A stretch of DNA of 64,000 nt from contig CAWHPI010000002.1 in assembly GCA_963831255.1 (NCBI GenBank), positions 48,100 to 112,099 of the forward strand. Direction: 5' to 3'. Under the pieces are notes generated by a model. The model did no database searches. It had not been told where the DNA came from and worked only from the letters and a program-made list of their open reading frames with translations. Every line of letters starts with the position of its first letter. Position 1 is the stretch's first letter. The stretch is from an uncultured beta proteobacterium. Its GTDB lineage: Bacteria; Pseudomonadota; Gammaproteobacteria; Burkholderiales; Burkholderiaceae_C. The translations under genes were made by a program, and so were the position numbers. This document shows positions 55,885-64,000 of the stretch, one piece after another.

Positions 55885-56835
55885 TCACTCGCCGCGTGAC
55901 ATCGCAGCGCGGTGACGACCCACAAACTCCTGGTAGGTGTCGATGCCGCGCAACTGCAGAATCGTGTTGCGAACCGCAGCCTCGACCAGCACGGCGATGT
56001 TTCGACCGGCCACCACCTGGATCACCGCCTTGCGCACCGGCACGCCGAGCACGTCCTGATACAGCGGCTCGTGCGGCATGCGGTCGTAGTCGCGCTCCAT
56101 GGTTTCCTTGCGCACCAGGTGCACGATCAGCGCCAGGCGCATCTTGCGCCGCACCGCCGTCTCGCCAAAGATGGCCTTGATGTCGAGCAGTCCAATGCCG
56201 CGCACCTCCAGCAGGTTCTGCAGCAGCTCCGGGCAGCGGCCTTCGATGCTGGTCTGGTTGGTGCGGTAGACGTCTACCGCGTCGTCCGCCACCAGGCCGT
56301 GGCCGCGCGAGATCAGTTCCAGCCCGAGCTCACTCTTGCCCAGGCCAGATTCGCCCGTGATCATGACGCCCATGCCCAGAATGTCCATGAACACGCCGTG
56401 CATGGACGCGCGGTCGGCAAAGTGGCGCGACAGGTAGGCGCGCAGCACATCGATCACGAACGCCGCCGGCTCGGGCGTGGCAAACATCGGAATCTGCGCC
56501 CGCTCACACATCGCCATCAGGTCGTCGGGCGCCGTCTTTCCGTCTGCCACCACCAGCACCGGCGGCTCCAGTGTGACGATGCGCGAGACGCGGCGCCGGT
56601 TGTCTTCACCGTCGACGCTGGTGAGGTAGTTCACCTCGCGCTCACCGCAGACCTGCACCCGGTAGGGATGGATGTAGTTCAGGTAGCCGACCAGGTCAGC
56701 GCCGGAGCGCGCCTCGCGGATCGCGACCTCGTCAAAACGCCGTTCGGATGCACCGAGCCCGGCAATCCACTGCCACTTGAGGGCTTCGCGGTGATCCTCG
56801 AACAGGACATCGGCGCTGACGACGGTGGGCTTCAT
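55885..56835 (-). CDS. hprK: HPr kinase/phosphorylase
   Basis: [32 protein letters not shown]. Confidence 0.96.
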   Translation of the reverse strand: MKPTVVSADVLFEDHREALKWQWIAGLGASERRFDEVAIREARSGADLVGYLNYIHPYRVQVCGEREVNYLTSVDGEDNRRRVSRIVTLEPPVLVVADGKTAPDDLMAMCERAQIPMFATPEPAAFVIDVLRAYLSRHFADRASMHGVFMDILGMGVMITGESGLGKSELGLELISRGHGLVADDAVDVYRTNQTSIEGRCPELLQNLLEVRGIGLLDIKAIFGETAVRRKMRLALIVHLVRKETMERDYDRMPHEPLYQDVLGVPVRKAVIQVVAGRNIAVLVEAAVRNTILQLRGIDTYQEFVGRHRAAMSRGE

Positions 56836-56950
56836 GGGTGGCTCAGTGTCTTGAACAGCGGTGGAACGTGCAATTCCGGGAAGACGATCGACGGGTCACG
56901 CCATCGAAAATCAGCAACCCGCCCGGAGACGGCGCGCGGGCGAGAAATGC

Positions 56951-57421
56951 TCAGGCCGCAGCGTGTGCGGACTGCCAGCCGCTGATCAGCGCATGCAGGT
57001 TTGCCGCCTCGCTCGCCTGCTTCATCTGTTCACGCAAGGCGCTGTCGCTCAGCAGTTCGGCGATCTCGGACAGGATCTCCAGGTGCTTTTGCGTGGCCGC
57101 CTCGGGCACCAGCAGAAAGATCATCAGCTGCACAGGCTGCTCGTCTGGTGCATCAAAGCCGATGGCGCTGGCCAGCTGAAACACGGCTGCCAGCGGCTGC
57201 TTGAGACCTTTGATGCGGCCATGCGGGATCGCCACGCCGTGGCCCAGGCCAGTGGAGCCCAGACGCTCGCGGGCAAAAAGACTGTCGGTGATAAGCGCAC
57301 GGTTGAGCCCGTGCAGGCTTTCAAACAGCAAGCCCGCCTCTTCGAAAGCGCGTTTCTTGCTCGTGGCATCCACGCTGACGAGAACTTGCGCCGCGGGCAG
57401 AATGGAAGATAGTCGGTTCAT
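56951..57421 (-). CDS. ptsN: PTS EIIA-Ntr nitrogen regulatory protein
   Basis: ARERLGSTGLGHGVAIPHGR, FDAPD. Confidence 0.95.
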   Translation of the reverse strand: MNRLSSILPAAQVLVSVDATSKKRAFEEAGLLFESLHGLNRALITDSLFARERLGSTGLGHGVAIPHGRIKGLKQPLAAVFQLASAIGFDAPDEQPVQLMIFLLVPEAATQKHLEILSEIAELLSDSALREQMKQASEAANLHALISGWQSAHAAA

Positions 57422-57481
57422 GTGGGCCTCTTGGAGGGCAAATTATGCCGACTTGATCCTGATTGACCAACCCGAGAGGAC

Positions 57482-57511
57482 AAAAAAGCCGCTTGACATC
57501 CCAAGCGGCTT
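57482..57511 (-). terminator. Rho-independent terminator after hpf
   Basis: AAGCCGCTTG-N6-CAAGCGGCTT stem with T-run on - strand; a second hairpin GATCACGGTG...CACCGTGATC lies at about 57528-57558. Confidence 0.75.
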
Positions 57512-57569
57512 GTTGCAGCGCAACATGGATCACGGTGGGCGCGGACCGCACCGTGATCTGCATCACGGC

Positions 57570-57899
57570 TCACATCAATCGCTTGGGTGATTCGTGGTGG
57601 TGGTCTTGCGCTTTGTCCTTGTAGCGCAAGACCTGGCGGTCCAGTTTGTCGGCCAGTTCATCGACAGCGGCATACAGGTCGGCGTGGGCGCATTCCGCAA
57701 ACAGGTCCTTGCCTTTCACATGAATATTGCATTCGGCACGCTGGCGAAGGTCTTTTTCCTTCAGGTTGTCCACAGTCAGCAGCACTTTGATGTCGACCAC
57801 CTGGTCGAAATGCCGGGAGATGCGCTCCAGCTTGGTGGTGACATACCCGCGCAAAGCGGGTGTGACCTCGAGGTGATGGCCGCTGATCGTCAAGTTCAT
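57570..57899 (-). CDS. hpf: Ribosome hibernation promoting factor (HPF/RaiA)
   Basis: [34 protein letters not shown]; AGGAGG SD. Confidence 0.95.
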   Translation of the reverse strand: MNLTISGHHLEVTPALRGYVTTKLERISRHFDQVVDIKVLLTVDNLKEKDLRQRAECNIHVKGKDLFAECAHADLYAAVDELADKLDRQVLRYKDKAQDHHHESPKRLM

Positions 57900-57982
57900 A
57901 CATGAGCCTCCTGTTGCTCCGGGTTGACACAAGCCGCCGGGCGGACGGACCACCCGGCGGCGACGGGGATCTCTTGTTGAAC

Positions 57983-58011
57983 ACTATGCCCATGAAAGCG
58001 GGGCGATGCAA
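57983..58011 (-). promoter_or_regulatory. Candidate sigma-70 promoter of hpf
   Basis: TTGCAT-N17-CATAGT on - strand. Confidence 0.5.
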
Positions 58012-58103
58012 GACCAGCGCTCGGCAAACCCGGTGGCGATGACTTGGCGGTTGCCTTGAGCAACTGAAAGGTCAAGCCCTCGGGTGGCTGGCCGACCTGT
58101 GTC

Positions 58104-59420
58104 ATGATTTTGATATCCCATGCGTCCGACCTCACCGGAATCCGTCCCACCGTGGCACTCGATACGCTCATCAAGCGCAACCTGATCGACAACGGACGCC
58201 CCACCCCGCCGGCCGACGCCTGCGCGCTGGTGCTCATGGGTGGCGGCGCGCGAACCGCCTACCAGGCTGGCGTGCTGCAGGCACTGGCCGCCATGCTGGG
58301 GGCGCGCTCGGCGCAGGCCGGGCAAACGCTGCCGCCGTTCCCCTTTCGCTGGTTGTTTGGCACATCGGCAGGCGCACTCAACGCCAGCTACCTGGCGGGC
58401 TGCGCCACCGAGGGGCTGCAAGCGCTGCCCCAGCTGGCGGCGTTCTGGACACAGCTGCGTTCCGAGCGCGTTTACCGGCTGGACGCACCCGGCTGGGTGC
58501 GCGCGAACCGGGTGGTGGCCGGGCTCACGCTGGCGCGACAGGTGCGAAAGCACCGGGCGCTGCTCGACACGCTGCCCCTGGTGGACACGCTGCACCGCGC
58601 CATCAACCTGGCCGGGGTGGAGCGCGCCCTGGCCCAAGACCAGATCGAGGTGCTCGGCGTCACCGCGTCGAGCTACACCACCGGTGAACACTGGACCTTC
58701 TGCCAGACCCGCGCCAACCCAGGCCTGCAACCCTGGCACCGGCCGGGTCGGCGCGCGGCATTCCAGCCGATCACGATCGAGCACCTTATGGCGTCCAGTG
58801 CCATCCCCTTCCTTTTTCCGGCGGTGCCGCTGTGGGTAGAGGGTGAAAAGACATTTTTTGGCGACGGTTCCATGCGCCAGCTCTCGCCACTGTCCCCCGC
58901 GATCCAGTTCGGCGCGCGCCGCGTATTGGTGATCGGCGTCGCCCAACCTCAGCGTGCGAGCATGGGCGGGCGCAGAACCGAGGAGCCCACCACGGGCACC
59001 ATTGCCGGCCACGCGATGGCCAGCGTGTTTCACGACACATTGCAGTCCGATGTGGAGCAGGCGCAGCGAGTGAGCGAAACCCTGGCCGCATTGCCGCCCG
59101 AGCTCGCCGCCGCCCTGCCCTACCACCCGGTGAGCGTGCTGGCGATCCAGCCCAGCTTCTCGCTGGACGAGCTGGCACACAAACACATCGGCAGCCTGCC
59201 GGCCGCCACCCGCAACACCCTCACTGGCCTGGGCGCGCTCGATCCGCGCCGCGGCGCAGCGGGCAGCGCCGCCGCCCTGGCCAGCTACCTGCTGTTTGAA
59301 GCCAACTTCATCCAGGCGCTGATTGAGCTCGGTGCGGGCGATGCCTGGCGCCGCAAAGACGAGCTGCTCGCGTTTTTCGACACACCGGGCAAGGCGGCGG
59401 CGCTGCCTGCGGTGACATAA
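58104..59420 (+). CDS. Patatin-like phospholipase
   Basis: MGGGARTAYQAG, GTSAG nucleophile elbow, ASSAIP, DGS motif. Confidence 0.9.
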   Translation: MILISHASDLTGIRPTVALDTLIKRNLIDNGRPTPPADACALVLMGGGARTAYQAGVLQALAAMLGARSAQAGQTLPPFPFRWLFGTSAGALNASYLAGCATEGLQALPQLAAFWTQLRSERVYRLDAPGWVRANRVVAGLTLARQVRKHRALLDTLPLVDTLHRAINLAGVERALAQDQIEVLGVTASSYTTGEHWTFCQTRANPGLQPWHRPGRRAAFQPITIEHLMASSAIPFLFPAVPLWVEGEKTFFGDGSMRQLSPLSPAIQFGARRVLVIGVAQPQRASMGGRRTEEPTTGTIAGHAMASVFHDTLQSDVEQAQRVSETLAALPPELAAALPYHPVSVLAIQPSFSLDELAHKHIGSLPAATRNTLTGLGALDPRRGAAGSAAALASYLLFEANFIQALIELGAGDAWRRKDELLAFFDTPGKAAALPAVT

Positions 59421-59614
59421 TCAGCGGGCGTCATCGGCAAGGGATTTCCACCGAACACACCGCTCCCAAACACGTGCGAGTTGCTGGAGCAGACCCTCTG
59501 GAAAGCCATCGCCAGACAGCCTCACCCGCCCGGTGAAAATCCAGACAGTCAGCGCACCAAACGCCCCGAGCCGCCACCGGCCCAGCACCTTTTCAGATCA
59601 CCGGGAGCGTCGCC

Positions 59615-60601
59615 ATGCTCAACGTATTCACCCTGGCCAACGGCCGGCTGTTTCAGGAAGAAATCGAGTCGCTGGAAGCCCTCGCACGTTTCCAGCCGAT
59701 CTGGGTCGACCTCGAATCGCCCACGCTGGAAGAGCGCCGCTGGGTCAAGCAGCATTTCGGTCTGTCGATTCCGGAAGACGCGATGGACGACGACATCGAA
59801 GAGTCGGCGCGGTTCTTCGAGGAAGACAATGGCGAGCTGCATGTGCGCAGCGATTTTTTGATTGACGACCCGGACGACCCGCGCGCAATCCGCGTGGCCT
59901 TCATCCTCAACGAACACAACGCCACACTCAAAAGCCAGGGCGTGCTGTTTTCCATCCACGACGAAGACGTGCCGGTGTTCCGGCTGCTGCGCATGCGCGC
60001 TCGGCGCATGCCTGGCCTGATCGAAGATGCCAAAGACGTGCTGCTGATGCTGTTCGACGCCGACGCCGAGTACTGCGCCGACACGCTGGAAGACATTTAC
60101 GACGACCTGGAAACCGCCAGCCGCCAGGTGCTCGCTGGCGACGTGACCGACGACAAGGCCAGCAAAGTGCTCTCAGCGATCGCGCGCCACGAGGACATGT
60201 CGGGCCGCATCCGGCGCAACGTGATGGACACGCGGCGCGCGGTGAGCTTCATGATGCGCAGCCGGCTGCTGAACACCGAGCAGTTCGAAGACGCGCGCCA
60301 GATTCTGCGCGACCTCGATTCGCTCGACAGCCACACCGCTTTCCTGTTCGACAAGATCAACTTCCTGATGGACGCCACGGTGGGCTTCATCAACATCAAC
60401 CAGAACAAGATCATCAAGATCTTCTCGGTGGCCAGCGTCGCGCTGCTGCCACCCACGCTGATTGCCAGCGTCTATGGCATGAACTTCAAGTTCATGCCCG
60501 AGCTGGACTGGCAGGCCGGCTACCCTTTTGCGCTCGGCCTGATGGTGTTGTCGGCGGTCGGGCCGATGCTGTATTTCCGCAAGCGCGGCTGGTTGCGGTA
60601 G
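59615..60601 (+). CDS. corA: Magnesium/cobalt transporter CorA
   Basis: IWVDL, PPTLIASVYGMNFKFMPEL, C-terminal RKRGWL. Confidence 0.96.
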   Translation: MLNVFTLANGRLFQEEIESLEALARFQPIWVDLESPTLEERRWVKQHFGLSIPEDAMDDDIEESARFFEEDNGELHVRSDFLIDDPDDPRAIRVAFILNEHNATLKSQGVLFSIHDEDVPVFRLLRMRARRMPGLIEDAKDVLLMLFDADAEYCADTLEDIYDDLETASRQVLAGDVTDDKASKVLSAIARHEDMSGRIRRNVMDTRRAVSFMMRSRLLNTEQFEDARQILRDLDSLDSHTAFLFDKINFLMDATVGFININQNKIIKIFSVASVALLPPTLIASVYGMNFKFMPELDWQAGYPFALGLMVLSAVGPMLYFRKRGWLR

Positions 60602-60602
60602 C

Positions 60603-60660
60603 GCCCCAACGCTCCGCCGCTGCTCGGGTCGCTGCCCTCCAGGGGGCTGATTCGCCTTGG
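60603..60660 (-). repeat. Family B repeat, truncated
   Basis: CCCCAACGCTCCGCCGCTGCTCGGGTCGCTGCCCTCCAGGGGGCTG matches the reverse complement of the 55.7-kb unit, then breaks off. Confidence 0.8.
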
Positions 60661-61247
60661 CGGGCCTCTTCGCCGGTCAACACGCTGGCCGAATTCATGG
60701 CGATGCTGAAGGCGGGCGGAATCCACACTCAACTACGCCTCCAACGGCAACGGCACCTACCCGCACCTGGCGGTGGAGCTGATGAACCAGGTCGCTCGGC
60801 GTCAAGCCGCTGCACGTGCCCTACGCTGGCGGCGCTCAGGCGATCACGGCGCTCGCTCGGGAGACGAGGTGCAGTTCACGCTGAACCACATCCCGGTGGT
60901 GCAGGGGCATGTGAAGGCGGGTCGCCTCAGAGTGCTGGCGACGACGGGCGCCGAGCGCTCGGTGGCGTTTCCGAACGTGCCCACGCTGAAAGAGGCTGGC
61001 CTCGACGTCGTGGCCGTCGGCCTGGTTTGGCCTCTTCGTTCCGGCTGGCACGCCTGCCGCCGTGGTCGAGCGCATCGCCAAGGCCACCGCCGAGGCCGCC
61101 AAGTCGCCGGCACTGCGCGCGAAGCTGGCCAGCCCAAGGCGACGAACTCAAGGTGCGAAGGCCCGGCCAGATTCCAGGCATTCCAGGCCGCGGAGCTGGA
61201 GAAATGGCAGCAGCGTGATCACCAGCACCGGACTGAAACTGGACTGA
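60661..61247 (+). pseudogene. 5'-truncated Bug family substrate-binding protein fragment with many indels
   Basis: Begins mid-protein (SPVNTLAEF..LNYASNGNGTYPHLAVEL), then RVLATTGAERS..PNVPTLKEAGL; no start or signal peptide. Confidence 0.75.
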
Positions 61248-61251
61248 ATCC

Positions 61252-62090
61252 ATGAGCCGACCCGAACATCATCCTGATCATGACCGACCAGCAGCGCGCC
61301 GACACCATCGGCGCGCTGGGCGCGCCCTGGATGCAGACGCCTCACCTCGATCGCCTGGCGACCGAAGGCGCGGCCTTCACCGAATGCTTCGTCACCTCGC
61401 CCGTGTGCGTGGGCGCGCGCGCCAGCCTGTTCACGGGCAAGTACCCGCATGGCTGCCAGGTCTTCAGCAACTTCCAGCCCTGGGAGCCGACCTGGGTGAG
61501 GTCGCTGGCCGACCACGGCTACCACTGCGTGAACATCGGCAAGATGCACATCAACCCCTACGACGCGCCAGGGGGATTTCACCAGCGGCTGATCATGGAG
61601 AACAAGGACCGGCCGCTGTTCCTGGAAGAGCGCGACCGCGCGATCTACGACGAGTGGGACAAGGCCCTGCATGCGCGCAAGCTGGTCAAGCCCTCGCGCT
61701 ACAACCGGCACGCCGCTGACCCCGAGGGCTACAAGCAGGCGCTCGGCGCTTTCGCCTGGGATCTCGACGCCGACATGCACCCCGACAATTTCATCGGCGA
61801 CACCGCGTGCTGGTGGATCGACGAGCGCAAGAACCAGGATCCGCTGTTTCTGCAGATCGGCTTTCCCGGGCCGCATCCGCCCTACGACCCCACGCCCGAG
61901 CGCTGGCCGAATATGCCGACGTCGACATTCCGGTGCCGACCGTGACGCGAGGCGCGAACTGCGCGCGCAGCCGCCGCCCAGCAGGAGCTGCGCGACAACA
62001 TGATCGAGCTTCAACTTCGACTCGATCGCCTGGCGGCGCGACCTCAGCCCGGAGGACCTGCTGCGCCTGCGCCGCCACTATGCGGCCAAC
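61252..62090 (+). pseudogene. 3'-truncated sulfatase fragment with indels
   Basis: RPNIILIMTDQQRAD, SPVCVGARASLFTG, IGKMH, FPGPHPPYDP; ends at RRHYAAN before the C-terminal half. Confidence 0.8.
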
Positions 62091-62126
62091 CCTGAGGGGG
62101 TCGCGCGACGCGCGGCGGGGGTGGGC
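62091..62126 (+). repeat. 3' half of a family A repeat
   Basis: CCTGAGGGGGTCGCGCGACGCGCGGCGGGGGTGGG resembles the end of copy 4 (CCTTGAGGGG...GACGGGGGTGGG). Confidence 0.65.
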
Positions 62127-62129
62127 ATA

Positions 62130-62894
62130 TCAATCAAACAGTGCCTGCAACATGGCGCTGCTGTACTTGCTGGCGACCTCTCGCAGAAACAGAGGAAAGT
62201 CGACATGCGCCGCGTCGTCGGCGCGATCGGAAATGGTGCGCATCACGGCCAGTGGCACGCCGAAGTCATGACACACCTGCGCAAAGGCAGCGCCCTCCAT
62301 TTCCACCGCCAGGGCGTCGGGCAATTCGTGTTGCAGGGCGGCGCTTTCGGCACTTGTCGAGACAAAGCGGTCGCCGCTGACGATCAGCCCGCGGTGAAGG
62401 CGCGGCGCCTGCAGGCCGAAGGCGCTGCGCGTGGCCTCGTCGAGAAAGCGCGGGGCGTCGGCGAGCATCCTCACGGCGACGCTGGCCAGCTGCTCGGTCA
62501 GCGCCCGGTCTGTGTGAAAGCGGCTGCGGCCATAGCCTGGCACCTCGTGGCGCGGGAAGATGGGCGAGGCGTCCATGTCGTGCTGCAGAAAGGAATCGGC
62601 CACCACCACATCGCCCACGCGGACACCCTCACCCAGCCCGCCAGCCACGCCGGTGAACACGATGCGCTGCACCTGAAAGCGCTCGATCAGCAGCGTGGCG
62701 GTGGTGGCCGCCGCCACCTTGCCGATGCCGCTGAGCACCGCCACCACCGCCTGCCCATGCAGGTGACCCAGCCAGAAGTCGCGCCCGCCAATGGTCTGCC
62801 GGTGCTCATCGGGCATCAACGCCAGCACACTGGCGAGCTCGTCGTGGAGGGCTGAAACGATGGCGGTGCGGGGAGCGCTGGAAATCATCGGCAC
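62130..62894 (-). CDS. mtnN: 5'-methylthioadenosine/S-adenosylhomocysteine nucleosidase
   Basis: [37 protein letters not shown]. Confidence 0.93.
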   Translation of the reverse strand: MPMISSAPRTAIVSALHDELASVLALMPDEHRQTIGGRDFWLGHLHGQAVVAVLSGIGKVAAATTATLLIERFQVQRIVFTGVAGGLGEGVRVGDVVVADSFLQHDMDASPIFPRHEVPGYGRSRFHTDRALTEQLASVAVRMLADAPRFLDEATRSAFGLQAPRLHRGLIVSGDRFVSTSAESAALQHELPDALAVEMEGAAFAQVCHDFGVPLAVMRTISDRADDAAHVDFPLFLREVASKYSSAMLQALFD

Positions 62895-62942
62895 ATTGGA
62901 CCAGAACAGGCGCCTGGGAACCTGCCCGACGCGGGGTCGAAT

Positions 62943-64000
62943 TCAGCCCCTGAGCTCTCGTCGCAGAATTTTCCCCACCGGCGTCTTGGGCAGCTCGGTG
63001 CGGAACTCCACCACCTTGGGTTGCTTGTAACCGGTGAGATTGGCACGGCAATGGGTGCGTACCTGCGCCTCGCTCAGGGCGTCGCTCTTTTTTCACGATC
63101 ACCAGTTTGATCGCCTCGCCGGCTTTTTCGTCGGGCACGCCCACCGCCGCACATTCGAGCACGCCAGGCAGGTTGGACACCACGTCTTCGATCTCGTTGG
63201 GGTAGACGTTGAAGCCGGCGCAGAGAATCATGTCTTTCTTGCGGTCCACGATGGTGAAAAAGCCGCGCGCGTCCATGGTGCCGATGTCGCCCGATTTGAA
63301 GTAGCCGTCGGGCGTCATGGCTTTGGCGGTCTCGTCGGGCCGTTGCCAGTAGCCCGCCATCACCTGCGGGCCCTTGATCGCGATTTCGCCCGGCTGCCCC
63401 GGTGGCACCTCGCGGCCGCTCGTCGTCCAGGCACTTCAGCCAGGTGCCCGGCAGCGGAACGCCGATGGTGCCGGTGAATTCGGTGTTGGTCACCGGGTTG
63501 CAGGTGGCCGAGGGGCTGGTCTCGGACAGGCCGTAGCCCTCGCAGATCGGGCAGCCGGTCTTCTCCAGCCAGAGCTTCGCGGTGCCGCTTTGCACCGCCA
63601 TGCCGCCGCCCACCGACACCTTGAGGTGGCTCCAGTCCACGGTGCTGAAGTCGGGGTGGTTGGCCAGCGCATTGAACAGGGTGCTCACAGCGGGAAAGCT
63701 GTGAAAGCGCTGCTGGCTCAGCGCCTTGAACACGGCGGGCAGGTCGCGCGGGTTCGGGATCAGGATCACTTTGCCGCCGGTGCGCATGCCCAGCATCATG
63801 TTCACCGTGAACGCGAAGATGTGATACAGCGGCAGCGCGCAGACACTGGTGGGCTGCTCGCCCGGTGGCAATTGCTGCATGACCGGCGCGTTCCAGGCCT
63901 CGGACTGCAACACGTTGGCGATCACGTTGCGGTGCAGCAGCACCGCCCCCTTGCTGACCCCGGTGGTGCCACCGGTGTACTGCAACACCGCCACATCGTC
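62943..64000 (-). CDS. fadD: Long-chain fatty acid--CoA ligase; 5' part outside window; indels
   Basis: [50 protein letters not shown]. Confidence 0.92.

Noticed and set aside
58020-58060. c-di-GMP-I riboswitch (GGCAAACC)
   Set aside because: Lacks the GNRA-capped P2 and the downstream GACGCAAAG-type P3 elements
58104-59420. Patatin as an anti-phage (CBASS CapV-like) effector
   Set aside because: No CD-NTase or other defence genes nearby; sits in housekeeping context with host-like composition

Overview
High-GC betaproteobacterial chromosomal segment; gene order and protein sequences point to Comamonadaceae, possibly Hydrogenophaga-like (inference). It is mostly core genome: RlmL-like methyltransferase, rpoN-lptB-lptA, dsbA, SPOR protein, argS, argP/argO, glcB, gshB/gshA, kup, proA, holA-lptE-leuS, exbBD, dapB-bamE, fur, hprK-ptsN-hpf, corA, mtnN and fadD. 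Accessory catabolic and transport genes are interleaved: CoA-transferase plus HMG-CoA-lyase-like pair, HpxW-like GGT, a cytochrome c pair, NitT/TauT ABC with an SMR, SulP, SLC13, MgtE, and a MarR-Bug-Bug-sulfatase module. Many essential genes carry small indels, most likely long-read consensus errors. I saw no rRNA, tRNA, CRISPR, transposase or phage genes. The most notable observations are four. (1) A near-consensus sigma-54 site next to lptA points away from the lptAB-rpoN operon into a three-hairpin ~100-nt region whose G.U pattern favours a + strand RNA. (2) Two families of ~80-bp multi-hairpin REP-like repeats are present, one with compensatory base changes. (3) A ~1.43-kb Bug/sulfatase fragment, truncated at both ends, sits exactly between two broken repeats. 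(4) The MgtE has a duplicated N-terminal domain.
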